NCBI RefSeq assembly: GCF_018350175.1
Contig: NC_058368.1
Coordinates: 151,530,001 to 151,594,000, forward strand
Length of the DNA: 64,000 nucleotides
Reading direction: 5' to 3'
From: Felis catus
Lineage: Eukaryota
In this document: positions 12,120 through 24,522 of the stretch, one piece after another
How the letters are laid out: the number at the start of each line of letters is the position of its first letter
How positions within the stretch are numbered: the stretch's first letter is position 1
Program-made: the position numbers and the translations under genes
Notes under the pieces: generated by a model
What the model was told of the DNA's origin: nothing
Database searches by the model: none
Seen by the model: the letters and a program-made list of their open reading frames with translations, nothing else

Positions 12120-12315
12120 TGAGGTTGTCTGAATTCAAGTCCCAGCGCTGGCACTCACCATTTTTTTGGAACCATGGGCAAATTTTGGCCTCGGTTTCTT
12201 CTTCCATGAAATTTGGGTAATTATATTACTCACTCATGGGATTACTGTGAAGATAAGATGAGATGCAAAGCAATTGGTGCCTGGCACGTAGTAAATGCTC
12301 AGTAAATGTTAGGTG
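12120..12315 (+). mobile_element. MIR SINE
   Basis: ctgaattcaagtcccagcgctggcactcacc...gcctcggtttcttcttccatgaaatttggg...gtgcctggcacgtagtaaatgctcagtaaatgttag. Confidence 0.8.
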
Positions 12316-15300
12316 TAATGATGATGATAACAACTTTGCTATTGAGAGCAGTTCTCAGCACTATAGGAAGGTTTCAAGTTACCGAAAGACAAAATCATCC
12401 TCTGTTCTTGCCAAAGCTGGAGCAAGAAGCAGTGCTCTTTGTGAATCTTCTTTAGCCCTCTTAGAAGGGTATGTGTGGCCCCAAGTCTGGCAGGGACAGA
12501 GCTGAGCAGAGCTGTTCACAGCAAATCTGTGATGATGATCTTCTCATCTGTCTTCTAAGCTGTGGGCGGCTCCTTCTTTGGGAAGCAAGTTATAATCAGA
12601 ACTTGGAACAAGCTACCTTCCAAACAATGCTCTCATTGCCTTTTCTGCCATTTAATTAATGCCAGTCTAATTTTATAGAAAGTATATAAATATGACTTAT
12701 GCATATTTGTACCTATATTTTTCTGTAAGGCTTGCCATGAGGTACATAGCCATTTAAATCACATCCTTCTGATAAATATCTCTGGCCTGAATACTTAACA
12801 TTATTTTTTAGAACCACATTTAGGGAACTTAGCAAGTAGAGGGATGGATATTACTTAAGCCAACCTTCAAGTTATCATTAACTAGAACCAAAAGGTGAAC
12901 CTCTTATTTCTTCCAGATTATATTTTGCTGTGGGGGTTTAGGTAAATTTCAGCTGATGGCACTCAAGATCCCTTTTGCTCATGCTTTCCTTCCAGTTTCT
13001 GTCAATCTAACTCAAGAAACAGACAGCAGTCTATGGAGTGCCTCTTGAAGGTTATGAGGACGGTGATCCATGCATTCTCTTTTTAACTTCAGTATTAGTG
13101 CATATAATTTAATTCAGGCCATGACTGAAATACATTCAAATCCTGAAAGAGGTGCACCATAACTCTTGCAGGTTTAGCATGGACCAACTGGGTGTAGTAG
13201 AGTGACTGCTGAGCTTCTCTATGACTAAATTTGCACTGTGTCTGCAAGCATGTTCACCAGCAAGCTGATTTTATTAGAACTTTGAAGAACTGGTAGAAAA
13301 GCTCTTTCTTTTTTTTACCAAACATGGATTTAAAAAATTACACAGAAATCAGCATTGTCAAGTCACATGAAGTGCAATTATAAGCAGAAGGCTTGAAACC
13401 TGTTTTTGCTTAAAGCCTTTATTTGATTTAGCAAAAACAACAGCAATAAATTGTATTCAAAAGTACTTTTGATCCTTTTGCAACAGTATTCTTACCAAGA
13501 GCAGGATCTACGTAATATCCTCCCTTTTTCGTTTAGGTCAGTTTTCCTTAGGCTTTCCAAAGTATCAGAATCTGTGTTTATAATTCTGGAGACAAAGGAT
13601 TATTCAGACTCTAGTTAGTGCCCAATACTTGTAAATTGGTATTATTAGACAATTATTATTACACTGATTTTACATTTTTATTTTCTTGACATCTTCCTTG
13701 GAACCAGCAGAATCCCAGGGATTAAAATGCAAAAATGTGTCATTAAAATATTTAACACCAACATTCCTGTTCCGTTTTCCTCCTGAAATTTTCAGAATTA
13801 TTTCATGTTTTCCCTGTATTCTCCTTTCCCCAAAATACTGCTTTTAATATTTTGAGACCTTAGGTAGTGAGTGCCTACAATCAATACTCAATAGGAACAC
13901 AACTGATAATAATAGGGCAGTAAGTTGAGGACTACATCTTTGGCTCAAAGTTCACCATAGGAGTAATTCTTGAATGGCTATAATTATATTTGATTTTTTT
14001 CTGATATAGTCCTATCATATAAGATCTAGTGTTGTACTGTTTCTTTCCCCTTCCTTTGGCTTAATTATCACCCCAGAAATAGATGACTTTCAAAATCCCC
14101 CATATCCTTTGTTTAACAAACATAAATTCATATTTAGGATCTAAATGATGAAGTTACAAAACTGTCATTTTGCTTTTGTGTTTTCACCAATCCATCAGGT
14201 AGTCAAGGCGTGTGGAAGCATCTCTTTAAAATAATGAGTATGAAATGTGGACAGGTTAAGTGGCTTGTTCATGTTTACCTAGTCAGAGACATGGCAGCTA
14301 GAGGGATTCAGGTCTCCTGATCCACATGTACAAGATTCTCTTTATTACCCTGCACAGAATAGTAATTGTCAGATTAGACAAACGATAAGTAGAGGGCTGG
14401 CCAATTTCGTGATGAGACGGCTATAGGTAGCAAAGGATACTTGTTCCCTTAAGTTTATTATGGCAGTGCTGGACAGCTAGCTCCCTGGACACTCTCTTGA
14501 ATTAGTCTTAAGGTGTAATGGTGATTTCAGGCATACTAGAATATAGCATCAGAGACCTGGGGAGGTCCAGGTAGTGGACTGGAATAGCTGCAGCTATTAA
14601 ATATCTAGGTCATCTTTTATAAAGGGTTGTAATATATACTCTAGCTTCTGATTTCAGTGCTGCCAGAAAGGGAAAAAAAAATCCATCTTGCTAAAATGTA
14701 GTCAGACAGCAGTTTGTCTTTCCAAAACATTATTAGGTATTATTACAGAATGTGAACACCTTTCATTCCTGACAAACAGGAAATGTATGCTGCACTACTG
14801 GTGTGTCAATCAGAGTGATAGCATCAATTTTATGGTTTTTAATTCATCCCCACCTCCTGCCGAGCCTTTTGCTCATCCCAAATTATGAATCTTAAAAGGT
14901 ACGTGATTAAGAAGAAAAAATATGTCTCTGCCTGTGTGAACTCCCTTGTGAGGAGCTTGGAGGCAGATATTTAAGAGATTTGTAAAGCATGCCCTGACCA
15001 CTCAGTGATTTGGACAAGCAACTTACATTTCCTGCAGCTGGGAGTGTCACCTCATGCTTTAGCTTTAGTATTTTGCTAGCAGCTCAAGCGATATTTTTTA
15101 TATGCATTGACACCTTTACATTTGTTAAGGAGCAGAAAGAAAATAAATTAACGTATTAAACGCTGTATTTGTCAGTTCATGATGCTTCAGTTACATTTTC
15201 AATTTAGGTTTTCCCAGTCTATTTCTTTCACTGTGGTCTTTTGTTGCTTTTGATATATATGCAATAATAAATACAAAGCCAATTCTGGAGCTGAGCTTTG

Positions 15301-15464
15301 AATGCACAGTTCTTTTCTTTCTACCCCTTAATTCTTGTCTTCAACATGTAATGAAAATGGACAGCATTGCCAGTGTCAGTAGAAGTGAGGCTGTTTATAA
15401 ATAAATAAATAACGTGTGCTTGTGTGTGGCGTGCATGTGTGTATATGGGGGGGTTGTGGGGTGT

Positions 15465-15465
<1 letters not shown>

Positions 15466-15505
<40 letters not shown>
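15466..15505. repeat. (AC)20 microsatellite
   Basis: Read directly. Confidence 0.97.
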
Positions 15506-15508
<3 letters not shown>

Positions 15509-16762
15509 TCTATTTCTTCTCAACAGGGGGTTTGGGAGCCTGGGGTGTCGGAATCTGTCCTCCCATGCTCCTCTCTTATTTCTGGTGAGGAGCCACTTTT
15601 CCTGTTTTTCCTGTGCAGCTCCACCTGGACTTAATTTGCTGCCATGAACTCTGCAAATACCACACACTTATTTAAGATTTGGGAATATCATCTGATAGTT
15701 GTTGAATGTAAGGTGAAGCCATAGTTACCAATTGGGCAAGGTCAACTTTCCCTTTTTCTACTGACCACAGAGTGAATGTTCCATCATTGGCAGATAATTC
15801 TCTGCTTAGAGCACATGATGATATATTTAATAGGTCTTTAATAAGGATTTTCACTGTATGGTGTCCTCCATGTTTAAATCACTTAGTCATTTCAGTGTTA
15901 GGTTTAACACTTTTAGTGCTTGAGTGTTTCCACGAGAGTGCGTGGAGCCTTGAAGTAACCCATGTGGTATTTGTTTGTGAAGGATTTTTCATTCTGCTTT
16001 TGCCACACTTTCTCTGATTCAGAACTGAAGTATGCTGATTCTCTTCCATGCAAGAAAGCAAACGTAGAACATGAGCAAGAGCTCTTCTTTCCCTGGTTGG
16101 GCACTAGCATAAAACGCTGTTTTGATAGTGATGGTTAAAGGCATGTGCAAATGTGGCTAATGCAGCAGGGCCTGCCTTATAGGAAGGCGACGCCCTGCAA
16201 AAAAGCTGCCCTCCCCACTTAGGAAGAAAGGAGGTATCAATGATCCTGTCAAAGGAGCTTTCTCTAAGGGCATAGCCACACCTCTCTTTGTGTATGTGGT
16301 GTTAGCATTTCCAAAAGTAAATTTATGAACTCTCTCTCACTTGCTTCATTATGTCACCATGTTATTAAAGGCAAGGGCACTGAAGCTTGGAGAAATTAAG
16401 CAGCTTACTTTAAGGGCATGTAGATGGTAGGTGGCAGGGCTAGATTTTGAACTCACATTTGTTTTCTGAGTCCAAACCCTTTCCTTTACCCTGTAGTTGC
16501 TTATTATTTGAACTACTTATTTGGCACTTACTTCTATTTAAATTCTCAATTAGATTACTTGATTATGAATTCCTTAAGAACAGTGGCATGTTTATAATAG
16601 GGATTTGTACATGGTATACATAAATGAGTATATACTTTAGATTGATTAATGAGTTGAACAGTTTTCCTCATTCTCTGTTTATGTGTTATGGCATTTAATC
16701 AAAGCACAAATGTTTACAGGCATTGGAGGGACTTCTGTTGGATATTGAGAACATTAGGTGAT

Positions 16763-17227
16763 TGTTTTAGATTGAATTGTTATGTCCCCCCAAATTCATA
16801 CACTAAGGCCCTAACCCCCTGTATGACTCTATTTGGAGATGAGGCCTGTAAGGAAGTCATTAAGATTAAGTGACATTATAAGGGTGGAACCCTGACCTGA
16901 TAGGATTAGTGTTTTTATAAAAAAAGAAACCAGTGAACAAGCTCTTTCCCTCCCTCCTTGTTCTCTCCCTCCCTCTCTGTCTCTTTCTTGCTGTTTCTCC
17001 TCTCCCTCTCTCTCTCCCTTACATGTCACATGTCCTGAGGAAAGGCCAAGTGAGGATATAGCAAGAAGGCAGCCATCTATAAGCCAGGAAGAGAGTCTCT
17101 CCAGACCAAATCACCTGACACCTTGAACATGGACTTCTAGCCTCCAGAATTGTGAGAAAATAAGATTCTGTCATTTAAGCACTCAGTCCATGACACTATG
17201 TTATGGCAGCCGGAGCAGACAAATACA
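16763..17227 (+). mobile_element. MaLR solo LTR (MLT1A/B-like), full length
   Basis: TG...CA ends, tgaattgttatgtccccccaaattcata...cctccagaattgtgagaaaataagattctgtcatttaagc...ttatggcagcc. 5-bp TSD gtgat/gtaat. Confidence 0.9.
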
Positions 17228-20200
17228 GTAATTAAAGCCAAATCTTTTTCAAGCAGGTCATTACCCTGTGGAGTGTGGATAGAGAACAGCCATAGAGATA
17301 GAGCGGAATTGGATATATGCTCATGTGCTTTGTCACTTTGGAAGTGAAGGTTAATGTTATTATAGCAGCAGGCCCAAAATGCCCTCAAAGTCAAAATGGC
17401 ATCAAAATGGTTCAAAACATTTTGTACTGTTTAGAAGTGTATACGGCAGTATTTAAGTCTGCATGGTTAGGGGTGAAAGTGAGAATGATGGCAAAAGTCT
17501 TCAGAGAGAAAATGAGAGTCTATGTCCTGAAGAATGAATAGTTTTCTAGAAAATAGGGTGAATGAAACTATGTCTTCCTCTGAGGGAAGAGAGGTTTAAG
17601 TGAACACAGTGGAATCATGGATTCATTCATTATGGCTAGAGCTTAGAATGTACATGCTTGAGCTATAGAAGGTGAGGTCGGAAAGATAAGAGTGAGCCAG
17701 TTTTTTACAAATCTTCATATGTTAAGCTTAGAAATCAGACTTCAGTCTGTAACATGGATGACATAAAATAATTTTAACTTCTGTAGTTATAGAATCATAT
17801 TGGCAGTTTAGAAATTTACTCTCGAGGCACTGTGGAGATTGTACTAGAACCCAGTCTTGGGGTAGGATTTAAGGGAGTGATGCTAGTTCAAAAATTCTCT
17901 AGGAAAGACTACAGAAAAGCAGGCATGAAGCTGCCTTTGATATTTTCTCCTTAGCTGAAGGACAGAACTCAAATTTTCAACCATTCAGAATTCAAGTAAT
18001 ACTTCCTTCTTTTTATTATGGCCCTGGAATAACTTATTTCTAGAAAAGAAATGACTTATTGTTCTTGTGGATACCACACATCACGAATGACACCCATGCT
18101 CTGGTCCTCATCAAAACCAGAGTAGCTCCAAAATGAATAAGCTGGTGGTCTGATGAGAAATTCAGCATTCTCTATTTCTTCTTCTGAACACTCCTTGGTT
18201 TCATTTTTATGAGGTACCACATTTTGCTGTGCTTTTAGCTGGACCTGTTTTAATGTTCTTAATCCAGTGTTTCAGAGAGCAGTAAAAAGAACAAGTAAAC
18301 ATGTTCACTGAGAAATCACTAATGCAAGCCCTAAGCCCAACAGGATTCATAAAATATATAACCTCATCCTAGCCTGGCCAGGATGCTGTAGACTGGAACT
18401 AGTTGAAATATGGGAGAAAGTTCATGTTTTTGTGCTGTGAACTGGGCTTTTCCTTTGTGCCTAATGAGTTTTAAAACAGTTGTAAAATCACTACTGTTAG
18501 ACTCTCCTGAGAGCAACTCACATGTGAGAAAGGTGGACAACCTTGTCTTGTGATTAATATGCCTTCCCCACTCAGTATTGTGCTCATTTTTTCCTTTTCA
18601 AACAAAACATCAGCCTACTGGAGAGGGACTGTTCTCACTTTTATGTGTCACACGGATTCCTCAAAAAACAGTGATGATTGGTTACCATGACACGCAGATG
18701 CCCTTCTTCCTGGGCACTCCGTATCAATCTGGGAATCTCGTCACCCCAGTCACCCTCGAATGTTTCCTTATGACTGCATTCTTACTGGCTGTAAGTAACT
18801 CTTTTACTCAACAGGGAACAAGGGCCAGATGGCATGCAGACATGTGCTTGAGACGGTGCGAGCCTCATTTGTTCTCTGTTTCTTGTTACTTACTGTCACT
18901 CCTTAGCTAACTACCCAGAAGGGACCCACCCTGTGGGCTGCTTTTTGCCATTCATATCTGAGATATAATGACATTATTTTATTTTATTAACGTTATTGTT
19001 ATGGGTTTCTTTTTGTTGTTTTTCAAAATGCCTTTAAAAAAAAAAAAGGTGAGATATAAATAAATGCAACACTATACAGGGGTCAGCCAGAACACAGATG
19101 TGTAAATACAATGAATGTTGTCCCATTCTAATGAATAACCTTGAACTTATTCCAACAACAGTGTTATGGCTCAAAAAATAATTTTTATTTGGGAAATTCT
19201 CTTTTGAAATGTCTTCAGAGACTTTGCCTATCAATCATAGCAAATCATCATTCTCTGAGGGTGGGTTAGATCTTTAAAAAAAAACTCCTTGAACAAATAA
19301 TTATTAGGTACTTACTAAGTGGCAGGCAGTATACCAGGAGCAAGGAGCAAGACAGACATGGTTTCTGCCTTTGAAGACATTTAAGATTAAATCTGAGATG
19401 AATGTCTGAGCCCTGGATAATACCTTTACTGATAAGAACAAGATGTGACTGTACAGTGACAATCTTAACTGCCTCAGATGACAATTTTAAGGAAGAGATT
19501 TAAAACATTTTGAGTAATGGCAGCATCTCTGGAATAACTCTCAAACATACTACCTAGAAGACAAACACTGACTATGCATACAGTATAGTGCTATAGAGTT
19601 TATAAAACACTTTATATACATTATATCACTCTCTTCTTACAGAAATTCTAGATTATCAACTGGGTTTAAGTAACACTTTCCTCTCTTATTAAATAAATGA
19701 CCTCTAGGTGTCTTCTAACTCAAAAGTCATCTGTGATTCTTATGTCTGTACGTCCATACTTTTACACTGTATCAGTGGTTCATTACTTTAGAATAGTTCC
19801 CTGTGATCTATCTGGTTGAGGACCTTCCAAACAGAGATGGGTGTCCAATATCTTCTCTTGAAGTTGGCAGGAGGCCTGGGGCTCTGTTGGACTGGGCATC
19901 TAGGAGCCTGGCAAGGAATGGACTGGGCTCGTGCTGAGTCTCAAGGTGAGGAATAGAGACTGAAGTTGAAGCCCAAGGCAAGGGAACTCTCCCTAGGAGT
20001 GAGGTGGGGTCTGAAATGTCAGGTTCACAAGATCAAGCAAAGCCCAAGGAAATGAGACTCAAAGAAAAATGTTGGCTAGGCAGAGTAAAGCGGTTGAAGA
20101 GGCAGAACCAAGAAGGCTACCTGAAGAAACAAGATTTCTTTTTATGCATGCTAGAAACAGAGTTCAGAAACCATTAGAGTAAAAGGACAAAAATGTGAAA

Positions 20201-22523
20201 TATTTTTTTAAATTGGCTTCCCCCCCTTAATCCTGTCAGTGGTTAAATAGTGAAAATAAGAGAAATGTATCTCTGTGTTAAAACTTTACCTCATCACTTT
20301 TCCAACCAGAAGGTCATTCTTATAAGAAAATGGAGAATGTTTCTCAAATAGAACATATTTGATGTTCCTTCATGGTCTCCTGATAGAACATGTATTTACA
20401 GTCTGAAATTACAGCTCAATCTTAATGTCTTTGAGCCTTCTTTGTCTATATAAAAAAGTAACATGTTTACAAGTCCAATTATTAAGATTATTAAGATCTA
20501 AAAATTTCTGTCTACAGAAATGTGTACACAGGAAAAATTAAGAGGAGGTTTGTTTCAAGAGTTTGCTGGTCATCCCAGAAAATTAAATGGAGTGTTTGAA
20601 TATGTCAAAGCCATGCCAAGAGATAAAGTAGTAGACTTTGATGGCTTTGGCTGCATACAAAGAGAGAGAGACGCACACAAAGGGGATGCAGGGGTAAGTA
20701 ACTTGTAAGAACATTTCTAGGAGTTCTGGGTATAACAGGGCACCTTTGGAAAAAAAAAAAAACAAAAAACAAAAAAAAAAAAACTTTTACTTTTGATCCA
20801 AACCATTTCACTGCCATGTTCAGAATTTACACCTGTGTTGTCCAGCAAAATTTATCCATGGGCATAAGCTGACTGTTCAAGGTGGGATGCAAATACAATG
20901 GTACAGTTATGTACAAATCATGGGTAAAGGAAGCTGCTAATCATCTAGTTTAGTTTTCTAGTTTGGGTTTGGTATCATTTTCAACCCTGGGCACATTTAG
21001 TAGCTGTGTTTCAAACTAATCCAAAAGTTGATTTTGCTTGTTTTCCTGTTTATTTTTCATTCTTTTTCTGGGCGATTTCTAAGTATCTAGGTGCTTTTCT
21101 AGTCAGCCATATTCTAGAATTTTAGCACCAATAAGTCCGTTTACAGGCCTTTTCGCTTTGTTGCTGTTGTTTTCTTTCCCTGAACAAATTTATAACATTA
21201 GGTCTCACTTTATCGAGAAGCTTTATTTTCCATCTGCTCTCCATTTTTGCTCTATTATTAGGCTATGCTTCTGGTATTCGGATACTGCTTCATTTCCAGG
21301 ACTCCAGTTGACGTCAGCGGGGAACCTAAGGCAGAGGAGGAGAGCATAATACTGGGCTTGGCTCCACAGGCTGTTTTGGGAAAAGCGTCTGGTCTCTTTG
21401 AGGTGGGACTTCCGTTGGATGGACCCCCTGTTCTTTTCCTAAAGACAATGGAGCCTCTGCATCATGTTTAATGCAGCCATCAGTACAGGATGATGTACTT
21501 GCTCAACTACCCAAATATATTGACTTTCTGCTAAAAGGCTTTTAACATAAATTTTAAGAGATTAACAAAATACATCACAGACTATTGCTGAGAATGCAGG
21601 GATTTTAACTACGTTTCTCCTCCATTGATTTTAGTTAATATATTTTAACCACCCCCTTATTTTACTGTACCTTTTAATTTGTTATTCATTTGTTTGAAAC
21701 CAGAACTATGCTGAGGCGCTCTGGACCCACAGGAACTGAAATAGTTTGCCTTCATTATCTGGTAGACCTGCTCGAGTCTGTAGGCCCGGACAGAAACCAC
21801 AAGACTGTACAAACTGGCAACTGTGGGTTTGTCTGTTCTCTATTGATTCTATTTCTGGAAAAAAACATGAACCAATGGGTGAGCCATGTGACTTTACAAC
21901 TTACCCAAAGCTCTCATCGTAAGGGAGATAGAGGCCTTTTGCAGACAGGTCATGATGGGAGCTCAACACTTTTCTGTTTGCCTTTTAAGCATGGCCTTTG
22001 CAAGCTTTGACTTGCAAGTTTACTTATACTATGGAATATGAAACTACTATAGAATTGTAAAATTCTATAGCATGTTGTTTATATTTGGTCATATTGTCCC
22101 AAACATCTAATAAAATATGTAATATAGACTTGATAGAACTTTGCTTAGGAAGCATCTTATTCTTTCTTCCAATTTGAGAATTACAAGGCAATTTCATCAT
22201 AAAATTTTAAAAGCAAATAATATACATGTACTTTTCAGACTATGAAACTACAGATGATAGAGTGTTTCCTTCTCTTGAGCTTTGGTATTGATGTTAAATA
22301 CCAGTACTCAAGTAAGTAGAATGCATGACTTCTCTGTGGTATGGCTTAATGAAAGAGTTCTGGTTTTGGCTCTAACAAGCTATGTGCCCTTGATCTCTCT
22401 CCTTTCCCATTACATGTCAAATGACCAGAAGATCTCTAGTGCTTATTCCACTTTTAAGATTCAAAGTGAAAAAAGCCCTTGAAAATACCGGAAAGATCCA
22501 GGTAGAGGAGAATACATCCTATT

Positions 22524-22525
<2 letters not shown>

Positions 22526-22557
<32 letters not shown>
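22526..22557. repeat. (AC)16 microsatellite
   Basis: Read directly. Confidence 0.97.
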
Positions 22558-22560
<3 letters not shown>

Positions 22561-24496
22561 CAACAGCAAAACCAAAATAGCTCCCCTTCCTCCTCCCCCA
22601 ACAATGACAATGCAGCCATCTGTTGGACGTTCCATTTCACTTAGCAGCTGCTCTCAGATACAGAAATCTGCATTCCTCCGGCTCGTGCTGGTATGCATGC
22701 AGCATGTGTGGGTACTAGCATTTGACTCTCCCACCCAAAGGAATGGCTTTCATTGAATAAAAATGATCACAGAAGGTTTCTTACTCTCCCATCACATATA
22801 ATGCCTTTTTCCTGATAATAGGCATTTGGAGCTATCTCTGCTCCTCTGCGTATTAAAATAAACTCTCTTAGAGACATTCACATCAAACAATCATCTAAAA
22901 TTAAAGAGAACAACCAGGAAAAGGCTTCAGTGAAGCTCTTGCCTTGCCAGAAACTTCCGCATTGAAAGAGAGTGGAAGAGGGTGGAATATAAAGTTCCGT
23001 TCTACTTTTATTTTGTCAATACCCCCAACATTGCACTTAAGCACTGGGAAATGAATGTTGTTTAAAAGGGAACCAGGAGGCTTTCAGAAGCAGCATTAAT
23101 CTTACCATCAAACTAAATGAAAATATATAAGATGAATCTCCAAAGGGGACAGAAAAGTGAAGACCTTTAAATCCTCCACCCTCACCGCTTGCCTCTTCTC
23201 CAGGCTGAAATTTTGTCTTCTGTGTGGTATATTATATAAAGTGGTATATCATTAAAAAAGAGGCACTCGGGGTGGGGGTTGGGAGGAGCCACAGTTACAA
23301 ACAACAACAAAAACCTACAGGCACTGTAGACAGAGAACCTTGGGTAAAACTGGATCTGCTTCTGAGTCCATAATTTAGGACATTTGTTACAAGATGACTG
23401 TGGTTTTCTATAAATGTTAGTTTGCTGTATTATTTTCCATGAACTACTTTTCCAAAATGCAGAATATTTTGCCCCCCAAACATGGAAGCACTAAAGCTCA
23501 GATGAGGCACTGATTCATGCATGGGGAGTCACTCAGAAACAGCTGGTCAGCCATCTGCGGCCCCAGAGTCCTCTTATTTTTACTTTATTCAGCTAATTCT
23601 TTATGTAGAGGAGAAGAAGATGCATCAATCCAGGGAGGAGAGCATGGCTCATGTAAGAAAATGATGACTAACTCCTGCCTGAGACTGGTATCTGGTGGCC
23701 TGATGTGCTGATTTGGAGGGGCGGCGAGTTTCCTATGTGCATTAGGCTTTCAACTCTTTACTACATGTGCATTATTTTCCGTGCATCCTGTTCTTTGGGG
23801 AAAGGAAAGAAATAATGATTTGCCATTGATTGTTTTGTGGGAATTGTTCCAGATTAGAGCACCCTTGAGAGCCATAACTTGGCTTTTCAAGGCAGACAGA
23901 AGAGCCTGCAGAAACAAGGATGAGCCTGAAAGTCAGACGTGTGTGTTTGTCCTCTTTTCTCTCAAATGCCCCTGAATTAGAGCATTTGACTGCCCTAGAG
24001 TCTGTGGTCAAAAAATATTGGGGGTAAAGGCAATGTTTAACATAGGTTAAAAGATAAGCCGTGATTCACTGCCATAATTATGCAAGTTAAAAAAATGCTT
24101 AATAAGTATTGAGGTAGTGCTGTTTTATTTTACATTTTGACATTACTATAAAAGAGTTGTAGATAATTCAGTCAGAATAGCCTTTTGCCTCTCACCACAG
24201 GTAAGGCAGATTTGTCGACTGAAGATGGATCGTTATGTTACCCTTTCCTTGTGTCACCCAAGGCAGTTCATTCGATGACAGAGCCAGATGACTGTGTGGG
24301 AAGCAAAACACTCTTCCAGTTCTAGGAAGAAGGCTTTTAGGGGCACAGGTGTATGCCGCTTATAGGTGGGTGTCATTATAGTTTAAGCAAATTATTCTGT
24401 GTCTCTGGAAACCACTTTTGGCACACTTTTTTTACTATTTTCCTTGAATCATTAAAATCTTATACCCATTCTCTCCAAAAACATGGGTATACATGT

Positions 24497-24522
24497 ACAC
24501 ACACACACACACACACACACAC
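24497..24522. repeat. (AC)13 microsatellite
   Basis: Read directly. Confidence 0.95.

Noticed and set aside
15321..15667. ORFs with CVCVCV/HTHTHT runs (also at 24353, 25794 and 44592)
   Set aside because: Reading frames held open by (AC)n/(GT)n microsatellites.
23106..23112. 7-nt minus-strand microexon-like pattern (ttttcatttag|TTTGATG|gtaaga)
   Set aside because: Frameshifting length, A-interrupted pyrimidine tract and no supporting context; likely chance.
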